Origin: Callorhinchus milii
Taxonomy: Eukaryota
Reading direction: 5' to 3'
DNA: 64,000 bases
Assembly: GCF_018977255.1 (NCBI RefSeq)
Contig: NW_024704743.1
Span: 85,252,001 to 85,316,000 of the forward strand
The notes under the pieces are model-generated. The model saw only the letters and a list, made by a program, of their open reading frames with translations, did no database searches and was not told the DNA's origin. Both the position numbers and the translations under genes were made by a program. Position 1 is the first letter of the stretch, and each line of letters starts with the position of its first letter. Below are positions 36,471 through 49,964 of this stretch, one piece after another.

Positions 36471-37634
36471 TCTTGGGAAAGAATGATCTGGAGTGGAAGA
36501 CGGTTATAGAAAATTTTAATACAATACAGTGAGGATGCAGGAAGGAGGAAGAGTATTTATATTGCCATTTTTGGAGCTTGGAAGGAACAGGAGAAGAAAG
36601 GAAAGTTTAGAGCATTAATGATCAGTCCTAAAATAGAAACCAGTGTCAGCCTGGTTCAGTTAATAGCACTCTTGCCACTGGGCCATAAGATTGTGGGTTC
36701 CTACATCGGGGCTTTGTACTCACAGTCTAGTCTGAGTGAAGTGCTGAGGGATTTCTGCACTGTCGTACATGCCTTTGGTTGAGATGTTGAACCAAGTTTA
36801 AGGCGTTATATCAAATATAAGAATTATTTATTATAGCAGGAAACATTGCCATGGTGAGAGAGAGGAAAGGGGCTAGACGGCAGATTACCTGGTAGACATA
36901 CCTTGGGCCCTGACCAGGAGAAAAAAAGTTGCAGGGATTTATAATAATAATAATACTTACATTTGATCTAGCACCTTAACACATCGTCAAGGCATCTCAA
37001 AGTACTTCACAAGATGTAGTGTAAAATGTATTTGTAAGCAAATGTGGCTGTCAATTTGTGTACAGCAATGTCCATCAAACAGCCAAAAGGGAATGATCAA
37101 TTTTATCTGGAAGATTGTTGGCCAGGTCACTGAGAGAAACTTTTTTCACATAGTGTCATGGGATCTTTAGTGACCTCAGTTTATCGTATCATCCAACAGA
37201 TGGTAAATCTCCTCCAGCACAGCACTGGATTGTCAGCCTTGGCTATGAGACTAAAGAGTTGTTGAGGAGAAAATAAATGTTGGGTAGAAAAAAGCTTTAA
37301 CAATGGAAGAGATGCGCCACTTCCCTTTGAGTTCGGAATATGAGGCCAGAACGTTGAGAGAAAAAGAAAGCATAAGGCATAGTAGCTGTTGTTAGACCTA
37401 TATGTGGACATGAAGAAATTGTATTTGTGAAGTATTGAAAGAAACAAGATAAGCATTGCCCCTTTAATGGGCACAGTGGATATCAAGGTTTAGACATTCA
37501 GTTACTGCACTGTGAGAGTGAACATCATACATACTGGGGGGGTACAACCTGAAGAAAGAAGATGAATGTAGAATGGAATCATTAGCGAAAGAATGGATAT
37601 AGTTGGAGAAAGAGACACAGAGAGCAGTGCCATG

Positions 37635-38017
37635 GGGATACTGTAGCTTAGTGGTTAGAGCACTCACCTTGCAAGCGAGAGGACCTGGGTTTGATTCCCG
37701 GGCAGGGAAAATGTTGGGCAAGTTTCTTTACTGCACACGCCTCTATTTACCTAGCAGTAAGTACGAACCCGGTTATTAATCAATTGATGGATCGCTTTTC
37801 CAGTGGTAATAATTCCTTGAAAAATACAATAACTTTTTAAAAATTTTAAAATGTGGTCACTCGATCCACAACAATTGGCTGCCGCATTTCGCCCTCAAAA
37901 TAAGCAATCACTACACTTTACCATACATTCTGTGAATCGCTTTGAGACGTCTCGAAGACGTGATAAGGTGCTACATCAAATGCAAGGATTATTATATATT
38001 ATGATTATTATTATTAT
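37635..38017 (+). mobile_element. tRNA-derived SINE, long form
   Basis: Head, extra segment and tail are all present. Confidence 0.88.
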
Positions 38018-41000
38018 ATACCAAATTGATGAGAAAAAACCCAACGGATTAGCAACTGTGCTAGAGATGCAATGCAACAAGAAGATAAATTTCCTGTTAG
38101 TGTTTTCCACAGTGTAACAATTTATAAGGTTGAATGTAGAAATTAGAGCCAGCGAGTTCCGAAAAGAATATGTCTCTAATCCAATTCTTCTATCCTGCAT
38201 CGTTGCATCATTTTGGGATTTGCACTCCGATTGGTGTAACATGGGACTTATTTGAAGATTACTCCAACACAATACTCCAGATGAGAGCATTGTACAACTG
38301 ACACATCATGTTCTTGCTTTTGTATTCTAAACCTCTTGTCAACCTCTGGAGATAAACCTGAATGTCTGAACCCCTTTGTTCATTCCCCACTCTTGTCTTT
38401 CTCCATTAAAATTGTAATCCAATTTGTTATCTTATATCCAAGGAGGACTCCTCATTTAGATATGTAGAGTGTCTATCTACATTTAAAGGGTTAGCCTGAT
38501 GAAATTATCCTCACAATATGCTTTATTTACATTGGCCCATAAAAATTTTTGATTCTTTTACCCGGCTCTTAAATGTGTTTTATTAATTGCTTGTTTCGGT
38601 ACCATATGGCAGCATCAATTCCTAACCTAAAGAATTTAGAGACAACCTGGTCCTGAGTTCATATACACAGTAAGTGCTGTGTCAGAGCAGCCCAATGTTC
38701 AACCACAAATACTACAACTTGCATTTATATAGTGCCCTTCAAACAGGGCAGTGTCTCAGTGCGCTTTACAGTCGCTACTATACAGTAAATCCTGTGAAGT
38801 GCTTTGACTTGTCTTGACAACGTGATAAGGCACTATATGAAAGTGAAGGATTATTTTTAACGTGGTGTTACTTCCAATGTCTTTCTCTCTTGCTGTAAGA
38901 CCCGGTCAATATCCCGAATTTAGTGTGGCACATTTTTGTTAGTGACATCACAGTGCACTCCCCTGCATCAGCTATAGTACAGAACTTGTTTTTAAAAATA
39001 ATCATTGCATTTAATATAGCAACTTTCAGGTTGGGGGAATGTCCTCAAAGCACTTCACAGGATTTACTGTACAGTGTAATGACTGCGTATTTGTGGGCAA
39101 ATGCGGCAGCGAATTTGCTCACAGCTGTTTCCTAGAAACAGTCATGAAGTCAATGATCATTTTTTATCTGGGGGATTGTTGGCCAGGATACCAGGAGATC
39201 CAAATCCCCTTATAGATAGATAAATGGCTAGTAGCCACCCAATCCAAATGTTACAATGTGAGAAGTAACACATATGGAAATGTTACGCATGGTGAGTTCC
39301 TATTCATTTTGCAAAAGCACTCCCTATTCTCTCCCTGGCTCAGCATGCAAACCCACCAGTGTACAGCACTCTGAGACATTATCCTACGTGAAGGTTGCTG
39401 TATTAATACAAGGTGTTGTTGCAAGCCTGATCGATAAAATGTAATTCATAGTTTGAATTTTGCAAAATTTAATTTTGCTGAGTTTGAATGTGTGTAAAAT
39501 GTGAAACTGAATTTACAAAGCAGTGTCCCTGAACGGTAAGTTCAATATTCATAATACCCTATGATATAAGGAAATGAGACATAATTAATTAAAGAGTAGA
39601 ACAAAATAAAACTCATGTTATAACATAAATATCATTTTACAATTCAATATGACCAGTGATTCAGTAGATGGAATAAAATTACTATTGACACGTCATAGCC
39701 AATTACATTCAATAAATAGAGACTGTCACTATTCACCAATGGCTTCTCCCTTACATAGTTAGAAATACTGTACTCCTTTAACATGACAGTCAATTTCAAT
39801 AATATGATTTATTAAAATGTAGCACAGATAAAGACCTGAGTTTGATTGCACTGAGCTTTTCTATTACTAATGGTACCGGAAAGAAAGGCACTGATCTGTC
39901 ATGCCAAACCAGCGAAGTGAATCATGCCAACTGGAAAACTACGCTAGCAAAATATGCACTGGAGAGCCAAGCTTTCTGCTGCATTTTTATTTAGAAACCT
40001 TTGTGAGACTATGTTCAGGCACTCTACAAGTTGTTTTATACATTGGTTATCTTTTTTAAACAAATCCTTAAAAGCCAGTAATATAATAATGTTGTATAAA
40101 TAATTTGGTTTTGAGGACTATAATCCTTCTAATTACATCAACTCTGCTCCATTAGTGATAGTACAGATTCCTGCCTCCATGAGTCACTTTTAATTTTCCT
40201 GACAATCATAACATTGGTTATATACATCAGGATGATTCTAAATGCAGCATAAATATGATGCCAAACATGTTTGGATCTGCTTAGTTTGCATGCAAAATAG
40301 AATTAGGATAATGGAGCTTCAGTGCACACATCTGGTAAAGGGATATGCTTTCAATGAGAAAATATGAAAATAATTTGCTCCGTTATGTTACTAAATTGAC
40401 AATATGCATATGGTGCAGATATTCAGATTTGCTTTTAAGTCAGCGTAATACCAGGCACGTGTAAAATAGCCCTGTGAAAATCGGGGGGAAAACATCAGGT
40501 TGTTGTGCCAAGTAGTCTGGTTCTTTTGCTGTAATATTCTGTGATGTGATTCTATTTATCCAGGCAAGTTGGCATCAAATACCTAAAATATACATGGATC
40601 CCCAAAGATGCACAGCAAAAGTTCCAAAACCGTTCTAAGTCATGGGAACATGTGCAGCTATTATAGAATGTCACTTCTGGGTTAGACTGAGCTGCCAGAC
40701 TTAAGCTATCGTTCATAATACGTTTCTCAGAGACAGTGTAGAGGAGAGCAAAGAGGCTGATCTCCAGTTTTAGAGGAATCAATTATGAGGAATATAAGTT
40801 CTTCGGACTTGAAAAACGATTTAATTTATTTTGGTATTGAACTACAAGATGTTTCTTTTTCTTTCTTCTTGCTCCAGTTGTACATTTGCCCTCTCCATGA
40901 ATCCTTTCCATTCCCTCCCACATTTGGATTGAATCTTTCAGCACACGCTCTGCTTTTTCTCCTTGGTGTATGTATCATTCTCTGAACTATTTGTTTATGT

Positions 41001-41102
41001 AAGCAATTGTATGCAATAGGTCTTGCGATAATATATTCACACTGATGGAGTCTTGACTTGTTCAAGAAAGTACTTCATGCATTATGTTGTACCTTGTGTA
41101 TA

Positions 41103-41215
41103 CAGGGTACCCAAAAAGTCGTGATAGCTATCCTATTAACTAAAGATATATATATCATCCTTTCCTAAAGACTTATAAGATGTTGTAATGGTATCACGAC
41201 TTTTTGGTCACCCTG
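41103..41215. mobile_element. Tc1/mariner-type MITE
   Basis: TA|CAGGGTACCCAAAAAGTCGTGATAGC ... GGTATCACGACTTTTTGGTCACCCTG|CA: ~26-bp terminal inverted repeats; TA target on the left, mutated on the right. Confidence 0.75.
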
Positions 41216-41539
41216 CATAATACATACTGGAAAGTCTTCTACTATAATGACATTTATTTGGGGTATTTTTTCATATGTTACAATGTGCACCAATGAAGGG
41301 AATTATCGGTATAAACCAATGAGGCTGTCATATCCATCAGAATATTAAACACACTACTTTGACTGAAATACCCTGAACGATATTNAAAAAAATTACTACT
41401 GGCAGTTGAGTTTACTGCTCTGAATGAAACTTTAACACATGTAAATATTTTGAATTTGCTGTGGTTAAAATTTATTGTATCTATCCACCCCCCTCTATAT
41501 CCCCACTTGGTAACTGAATCAACGGTCGCTTTTAGTTCA

Positions 41540-41826
41540 TAATAATAATCCTTGCATTTGATACAGCGCCTTATCATGTCTTCGAGACATCTCAAAGTAC
41601 TTCACAGAATATACTGTAAAGTGAAGTGACTATATATTTGTGGGCGAAACGCGGGAGCCAATTGCACACAGCAGTGTCCCACAAACTGCTATGGATTGAG
41701 TGACCATATTTTTTTAAGGGATTATTACCCCTTGAAAAGCGATCAGCCAAACGAATAACGATCGGGGTCCTACTTACTGCTAAGTAAACAGAGGCGTGTG
41801 GAGTGAGGAAACCTGCCTAACATTTT
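41540..41826 (-). mobile_element. 5'-truncated SINE, long form
   Basis: Tail, core and extra segment in reverse complement. Confidence 0.85.
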
Positions 41827-43292
41827 CACTGGATCGTGAAACATTTTAACAATATGACATCACCACCACCAACAACAGGCATGATGTCAGAAGGCTATTT
41901 GCCACATGGTGTTCAATAAGTGATAAAATTGCCACTAGTTGGAAAATGGCCCACTTTATCTTCATCCACATTTGCAATAAAACTCCTAATTGTTCATGCC
42001 ATGATAATAGCTGCCTTGTGGCTCACTCAGTTTTTGGCACGCCTGCCTGACATTTTATGAATCACACATGAGGAGTCATTACTTTTTTCTGTCTTCTGAA
42101 GACTGCTAAGAGAGGAAGCGCTGAATGGCACGAAGGTGGCTTTTGCTGATAGAAATAGAAAATCGGTGACTGGTCGATCCAGGTTACTCTTGCACACCTC
42201 CTAGTGGCTACTAAAAGAACAGTCCTGACAGATGGTCCAAACTGGTTTCTTGGATGTACCCTGTGCTGGTGAATTGTACATAGCAGATTGGAGAGAGAAA
42301 AAATAGTAGAGGGAAACAGTATTTTTAAAAGGAATCAATTTCTTCAATTATCTCAACGTCACATAAAAAGGAAGGGTCAGTGAAGTAGAAAAATCTTTGC
42401 AGCAGGTTATTGAAAAAATAATTATCCATCATGCAATGAAGAATCCTGATATGTGGCAGCTTAGATGTTTATTTGATATATATTGAGCAAGAATGTGAAT
42501 GGCCTGATTTTCAAAGAACTTTTGCAATATGGTTTGAAAAACTGAGTCGTTTGATTACATAGTAAACCTTTGACCCAAACAATAATGAAATCAAATGCAT
42601 ATAAAAGTTATGACCTTCCTGATTGCAGTGAGTTACGAGACTGAGAGTTCAGATGATTTGAACCTTGAGAGCTGCGTTTGAGTGGTTTACAGATACCACC
42701 TGAATCCTGAGATTAGTTGCTAGGATATAGTTCATGACCCTTTGTTGTTCAAATAATAAGAAGAATATAATCGTAATAATCCTTGCATTTGATATAGCGC
42801 CTCATCACATCATTGAGAAGACTCAAAGTGCTTCATAAAATTTACTGTAAAGTGTATTTGTTGGCGAACATATACTCTTGGATTGCTTTAGTTTTTAATT
42901 TAATTTCTTATCTAAAACAGCCTGGTTTTCTTTGCTATGCAACAAAGTTCACACTAAGCTACTGGAACCGTGACAAAAAGCATGATTTTTCTTATTATTT
43001 TATGGCAGATTAACATGTTTTACTATATTCTCTACAGCTTGCAGCATCCTTGTTACAGATATTTGTGGGTGAAACGCAAATAAGAGTTTGATTTGGAGCT
43101 ACAGCTAAAACAGTTTTGAAGAACTAAGAACTCATTCTCCAGATTAATTGGTCATCAACTTCAAAGCTATCAGGGGCGGTTGGCTGATACAAGAGGTGCT
43201 GTGTTTGCCGACAAAAACTAATCTTGATAGTAATTACCTGTGAAGGGCTTTGAAATATTTGAACATGCTAAGGTTCTACAAAGAAACAAGTA

Positions 43293-43628
<336 letters not shown>

Positions 43629-44085
43629 CACTTTAGAAAAGCTTATCCCTTTCTTCCAATGGGATGCAGTGGTATCATACATGGCAACATTCTCTGCTGT
43701 CAATGCTTGTTATAGAGTTATTGTCAACTGACCTTAATCGCAAAATGAAATTGGTGAATGCCTTGCAAGAGTTAGTCAGTATCATGTCTTGTTCCAGCAT
43801 GGGCTCACTGACAGGCCCAAATAAACTCTGAGGAAATAAACAACTGGCTTTGCTGTCAGCTTAATACCTGGTATTACAACAACAACAACAAAATTACATT
43901 TGTATAGAAACGGTTTCATTAAATTAGCCAAGAATTCCGCTCCCTTAACAGAACCCTCCAAACACACCCAATCACTCACATTTTGGGTTGCATAATTTTC
44001 CCATGGTATCGCTGGAAACTGTTTTAAATCAAATTTATACCTTACATAAGGAAGAGAATGATAAGGCAACTCTACTAACCACTAC

Positions 44086-44442
44086 CTTACTCCACACGCC
44101 TAATAATAATCCCTCCAAAAAACAAAAACAATAATAAATTGGTCATTTTCAATCCACGACTTTGTGGGACACTGCTGTGTACAATTGGCTGCTGTGTTTT
44201 GCCCACAAATATACAGTCAATTCACTTTACAGTGTGTTCTGTGAAGCGCTTTGGGACGTCCTCCCGACGTGAAAAGCGCTATATCAAATGCAAGGATTAT
44301 TATTATTATTATATCAAATAATAATAATAATCCTTGCATTTGATATAACGCTTTTCACGTCTTCTAGACATCTCAAAACGCTTCACAGAATATGCTGTAA
44401 AGTGAATTGACCGTATATATGCAAGGATTATTATTATTATTA
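44086..44442. mobile_element. Truncated + SINE with an inverted SINE tail inserted in its tail
   Basis: + copy 44086-44312, - tail 44318-44418, repeated tail piece 44419-44442. Confidence 0.85.
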
Positions 44443-45564
44443 GCTACCATTATTATTCTATGAAAAATTACCAGTGCTGTCCAATGCTAAAGGATCGTGT
44501 TGTTCATGTTTGCAGAACTGTGTTGAGCTAGGTAGAATCTGAATACATTTGGTGCTGCATAGTGCAAGTATCAACAGAGCGTGTGTTCTGTAAGTGAAGA
44601 ATTAGTCTGGCAGCGAGGACTAAGGCGTTGCACTGAGTCTGACTGAATACATCTATATTGTTATTATGTACAATGTTTGTGCTGTCCAGTATTTCTGATA
44701 ACATTGCAGATGATATTCTGCTATTGGCAGACCTACCTGACGGTCTCTTACACTGCACTCACAATCCTGACCACTTCCCAAATGTGTGATTATGTCTCTG
44801 CGTGGCTCACAATGGGACCTTGAGGGTATTGATTCAATGGTATAGGGGACATCAGTACTAATTGTTCATTTGTATCAGTATCTGGAGCTCATGATGGACA
44901 CCAAAGTTTACTTAACTCTGCCCTTCAGAATTGTGTTTAGTAGGGATGAAGAGTTCTCTGGTCTTTCTCATCTCTCTTCAATGATAGCAAGATACTCAAG
45001 AGGGGAGATAGGTTTGTGGTAAATCGGAGAAGAGGCTGGAGGAAGGGAGGGGAGGACTCTAGCTTATGCTGACATCATTCGGCAGCCTGGAGGTGGAGTT
45101 AGTTTCATGGTAAACAAGTCTCTATGAAGGCTTCGCACATAAATATAAACATGGGAGGAAGTCTCAAAGTATTTCATGGGATTTACTGTAAAGTGTATTG
45201 ACGGTGCATTGTATAGGCAAATATGGCAGCCAACTTATGCATATTAATATCCCACAAACAGCCATGACAAATTTAATCTTAGAGAATGTTGGTCAGGGCA
45301 CCAGAGGGAAACTTCCTTTTCCTTTTGAATAGTGCCATGGGATCTTTAACATCTTGAATTGGCAAACAGGCCTTGGTTTAACGTCTCATCCAAAGGACGG
45401 CAACTCCAACATTGTAGTGTCTCCCAACACTATATTAAAATGTCAGCCTAAACTATGAGCTCAAACTCTTGACAATGGACTGGAACTCACAAAACCTATA
45501 AATCAGAGGCAAGACTGCTACAAACTGAGCCAAGAAGTTATCAAGCAGTTGCTGTTCAGTAAAG

Positions 45565-45770
45565 CTGGTAAGCTTGGACTTGAACCTCCAGAACTCAAGG
45601 AGACTGGCATATCACCAACTGCTCTGTGTACATCTTTCCACCATTCTGAAAGCAGATATCCATCAAATAGCTGATCTGAATACTCTTAACGCTTGGGACA
45701 ACAGCTGCTGCAAAAGTAGGTGATCCTACTTTTAGTTGGGGTTTGTGAGCATACTTTCATATAGTCAAGG
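45565..45770 (+). mobile_element. Older fragment of the same RTEX-like LINE
   Basis: ttggacttgaacctc...ccaccattctgaaag...tccatcaaatagctgat aligns by eye with 35665-35830. Confidence 0.6.
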
Positions 45771-45789
45771 CTTGGTATCTACTTTGATT

Positions 45790-46122
45790 GTCTGCATTGA
45801 GGGTTTTGTTATGGTGTTAGTACTGTCCAGTACTGAATGGTTGGTGTGTTATTGCATTAGTGTTGTCCAGTACTGAAGGACTTATTGCGTTATTATTGTC
45901 CAGTGTTGAAGATTTGATGTGTTACTGTGTTTGTGTTATCTCAGTCTTGAAAGATTTGCGTGTTGTGGGTTAATGATGTCCTGAGAGTTGTGTTAATGTG
46001 TTAGTCCTGTCCAGTGCTGAGGATTGATGTGTTACCATGTTCGTGCTGTCCAGTGCTGAAGGATTGGCAAGTTTCTGTGTTAGCACTGAACAGTACCGAA
46101 GGATTGGTGTGTTTGCATTAGA
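45790..46122. repeat. Degenerate ~40-bp minisatellite, about 8-9 units
   Basis: Unit approximately ggattgatgtgttactgtgttagtgctgtccagtgctgaa. Confidence 0.8.
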
Positions 46123-46317
46123 CATAGGAACGAAAGGAAGGTCAAGGAAGTCATTTAGAATTTAATCCAGAAGCAGACCACACCACATATTAGATTTGTA
46201 GTTTATGAACTGCGGCACTGGTCTGTTGGGGAACAGATTGCAGTTTTACTTTTGTTCAGTGAAGTTGCTATCTGGAAGGTGAATCTGGAGACATAAATTA
46301 ATTCTGCAGCTAATGGC

Positions 46318-46356
<39 letters not shown>

Positions 46357-46813
46357 CCAACACTCTCAGGGACCAGTCAATTATCATCAGGTCACTTTAT
46401 TCAACACAAATGTTAGTTAGCAACATTGGTCTCAACGTTAAGACACCACACATAACACATTTCAATCCATAGTATCAGATTTTTTAAAAAAGTCCCAAAT
46501 AGTTCTGCCTCTACACGTTTTCATCTGGTGACTCAAGACGCCTGTGAAATGCTTGTTTGCTTCTTTTAAAAAAAAACAAAAAGAGCAATGCACAATAGAA
46601 CAGAAATATGTTTCTATATTTAAAATAATAAAGCGGGTTATATTGAGCAGAGCTAAAGATTTAATGAAAAGCCAGGCTGAGTGGGATTTTGCCCAGTGCT
46701 GAAGGATTGATGTGTTACTGTGTGTTGATGTAGTGCTGTACAGATATAAGAACATAAGGTCAAGGAGGCAATCAATGCTAATCGTGCAAGTCGCAATGAA
46801 AAGTGTCATGTGT

Positions 46814-46863
<50 letters not shown>

Positions 46864-47404
46864 CACACCCTGGATTTTATTCGGCAGAACAGAAGGTTTA
46901 ATAATAAGATGTTGAGCTGAATTGATTCCCCTTTACATGTCTATGTCTCACGTTGCCATGACTGTACTCTGCTCATTCACCCAAACCACTGGGGCTGAGG
47001 TGTCCTCTCTGGCTTTGGCTTTGGCTTTGGATCCATTTGCATTCGATGATCTCCATCACAAAGTCCAATTGCAACTTCTTCCTGACTTCAACTTGTTGGT
47101 ATGTGATGGTGCATGAGTTGCTGAATCCTGGCTCTTGTGGGGAGGGAGGGGGGGAGGGAGGGAGAGCTTTCTGTTCGCCTGCACTGGTCTGAGCTGATTC
47201 CACTTTGCTTTTGCATGAAAGTAGGATGTGAATCCACGGAAAAAGAAAACAAAACACGACTGGATCGGTCCCGGAGAGAGCACTCAAAGAGAGCAGCTAT
47301 ACATCCTGAGCACAGAGCCATCATTCATGTATTGCTTCATTCGTCTTCGCTGATCACTACTTTGCTGCATCCATCACTGCGAGTAAGTCAGGATTTAACC
47401 TTCG

Positions 47405-47496
47405 TCTGTGTGTGTGTGTGTGTGTGAGTGTGTGTCTGTGTGTGTGTGTGTGTCTGTGTGTGTGTGTGTCTGTGTGTGTGTTGTGTGTGTGTGTGT

Positions 47497-47528
<32 letters not shown>

Positions 47529-47835
47529 CTGTGTGTGTGTGTGTGTGTGAGTGTGTCTGTGTGAGTGTGTGTGTCTGTGTGTGTGTGTCTGTGTGTGTGT
47601 CTGTGTGTGTGTGTGTGTCTGTGTGTGTGTGTGTGTGTCTGTGTGTGTCTGTGTGAGTGTGTGTGTCTGTGTGTGTGTGTCTGTGTGTCTGTGTGTGTCT
47701 GTGTGAGTGTCTGTGTGAGTGTCTGTGTGTGTGTGTGTGTGTCTGTGTGAGTGTCTGTGTGTGTGTGAGTGTCTGTGTGAGTGTCTGTGTGTGTGTCTGT
47801 GTGTGTGTGTGTGAGTGTGTGTGTGTGTCTGTGTC
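47405..47835. repeat. (TG)n/(TGTC) compound microsatellite
   Basis: Directly visible. Confidence 0.98.
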
Positions 47836-47934
47836 TCTCCAACACATATAACCTGTTATTTATTCTTATCATCGATGCTGTTTTGCGTCAGAGGAGACAG
47901 CAAAGCCGAGTGGGCTCAGATGTGCTCTCAGTTC

Positions 47935-48292
47935 AGTGTGTGAGTGAGTGTGTGAGTGAGTGAGAGTGTGAGTGAGTGAGTGAGTGAGTGTGTGTGAGTG
48001 AGTGAGAGTGTGTGAGTGAGTGAGAGTGTGAGAGTGTGAGTGAGTGTGTGAGTGAGTGAGTGAGAGTGTGTGAGTGAGTGAGTGAGTGAGTGTGTGTGAG
48101 TGAGTGAGAGTGTGTGAGTGAGTGAGAGTGTGAGAGTGTGAGTGAGTGTGTGAGTGAGTGAGTGAGAGTGTGTGAGTGAGTGAGTGTGAGTGTGTGAGTG
48201 AGTGAGAGTGTGTGAGTGAGTGAGTGAGAGTGTGTGAGTGAGTGAGTGAGTGAGAGTGTGTGAGTGAGTGAGTGAGTGAGTGAGAGTGTGAG
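47935..48292. repeat. (TGAG)n compound microsatellite
   Basis: Directly visible, with an internal ~102-bp duplication. Confidence 0.97.
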
Positions 48293-48299
48293 ACAGACA

Positions 48300-48535
48300 C
48301 ACACACACACAGAGGGCAGTGGATGAGGCTCCAGTGTGCAATTGCCACTCTTCGTAAAAGTAAAGACGGACTTTAAAGGCAGAAAGACTCACTGTTGCAG
48401 TGCATTGGTTTCTTCCGAGGAGTAAAGAGAGAGGAGAGAGAGAGAGAGAGGAGAGGGAAAGGATACGTTTTTAACAGCCAATTCCCCCCCAGAAACAGTT
48501 GCAATTGCGTTCGAGTTAACAGGTTCGACACACAG
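48300..48535 (+). promoter_or_regulatory. Candidate KCNG2 promoter / non-coding first exon
   Basis: Unique, CpG-retaining segment with a GA-rich tract ending in consensus donor ACAG|GTAAGT (GT at 48536); the 48.3-50.2 kb region is visibly CpG-richer than its flanks. Confidence 0.45.
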
Positions 48536-48658
48536 GTAAGTACCGTCTAATGTCGGTGTCCAGTTCAGAAAAAACAGCCCCTGTTGTGGTTGAGCGGATG
48601 AAGGCGAGTGTTCCCGGTGTACAGACGGGCAGGACATGCAGCAGCCACACACCACACC

Positions 48659-49135
48659 GTCTGTGTCTGTGTAGAGTGTCTGTGTCTGTGTAGAGTGTCT
48701 GTGTAGAGTGTCTGTGTCTGTGTAAAGTGTCTGTGTAGAGTGTCTGTGTCTGTGTAAAGTGTCTGTGTAGAGTGTCTGTGTCTGTGTAGAGTGTCTGTGT
48801 CTGTGTAAAGTGTCTGTGTAAAATGTCTGTGTAAAGCGTCTGTGTTAAGAGTCTGTGTCCGTGTAAAGTGTCTGTGTAAAATGTCTGTGTAAAGCGTCTG
48901 TGTTAAGAGTCTGTGTCCGTGTAAAGTGTCTGTGTAAAATGTCTGTGTAAAGCGTCTGTGTTAAGAGTCTGTGTCCGTGTAAAGTGTCTGTGTAAAGTGT
49001 CTGTGTAAAGCATCTGTGTCTGTGTAAAGTGTCTGTGTCTGTATAAAGCATCTGTGTCTGTGTAAAGTGTCTGTGTCTGTATAAAACGTCTGTGTCTGTG
49101 TAAAGCGTCTGTGTCTGTGTAAAGTGTCTGTGTAA
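48659..49135. repeat. gtctgtgtaaagt-type minisatellite with a 58-bp higher-order unit
   Basis: ttaagag marker recurs at 48845, 48903 and 48961. Confidence 0.95.
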
Positions 49136-49643
49136 ATCTCCAACAAGCCGGGGGCGCAGTGGGTCTTCCCAAAGTCAGGCAGATAATAATAATAATAATA
49201 ATCCTTGCATTTGATATAGCACTTTTCACGTCGGAAGGACGTCCCAAAGCGTTTCACAGAACACACACTGTAAAGTGAATTGACTGTATATTTGTGGGCG
49301 AACGCGGCAGCCATTTGCGAGGATCTCGGGAACGCCTGGAGTTTCCAGGAGAGGCAACAGGTGAGTGTGTGAATTTTTTGGGAAGATTCAAGGCAGCTCC
49401 AGTGGGAGCAGGAGAGCAGGTGGGGACTGGGCAGCTTTCTGGACATTAGGGGCTGAGGCTGATACCGTGCAAATGCGGAGAAGCGTTATTTATTAACATT
49501 GGTCTGATTTTCTCTTTTTTTTGGTTAAAAAAAATAATGCGTTTCAGGGCAGGTTTTTAAACGGTTGATTTGCAGGGTTGAGTCACGGTCAAATCGGGAT
49601 AACCCTGTGCTGAGGGTTAGGGTAACCTATTCCCCTCGGATGT

Positions 49644-49964
49644 GGAGTCCTGTAGCTCAGTGGTTAGAGCACTCGCTTTGCAAGCGAGAGACCTGAGTTC
49701 AATTCCAGTCAGGGAGAAACCTTGGGCAAGTTTCCTTACTCCACACGCCTCATAATAATCCCTCCAAAACCAAAAACAATAATAAATTGGTCATTTTCAA
49801 TCTACGACTGTTTGTGGGACATTGCTGTGAGCAATTGGCTGCTGCGTCCGCCCACAAATATACAGTCAATTCACTTTACAGTGTATTCTGCGAAGCGCTT
49901 TGGGAGGTCCTCCTGACGTGAAAAGTGCTATATCAAATGCAAGGATTATTATTATTATTATTAT
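49644..49964 (+). mobile_element. Young tRNA-derived SINE, full length, short form
   Basis: Same head, core and tail as the other copies. Confidence 0.92.

Noticed and set aside
41385..41385. Single ambiguous base n
   Set aside because: Assembly ambiguity, not a biological feature.
45790..46122. CRISPR-like regular spacing
   Set aside because: Whole units are degenerate copies with no unique spacers; no cas genes; eukaryotic context.
47357..49446. His/Thr-, Cys/Val- and TDT-rich ORFs
   Set aside because: Translations of TG, TGAG and minisatellite repeats.
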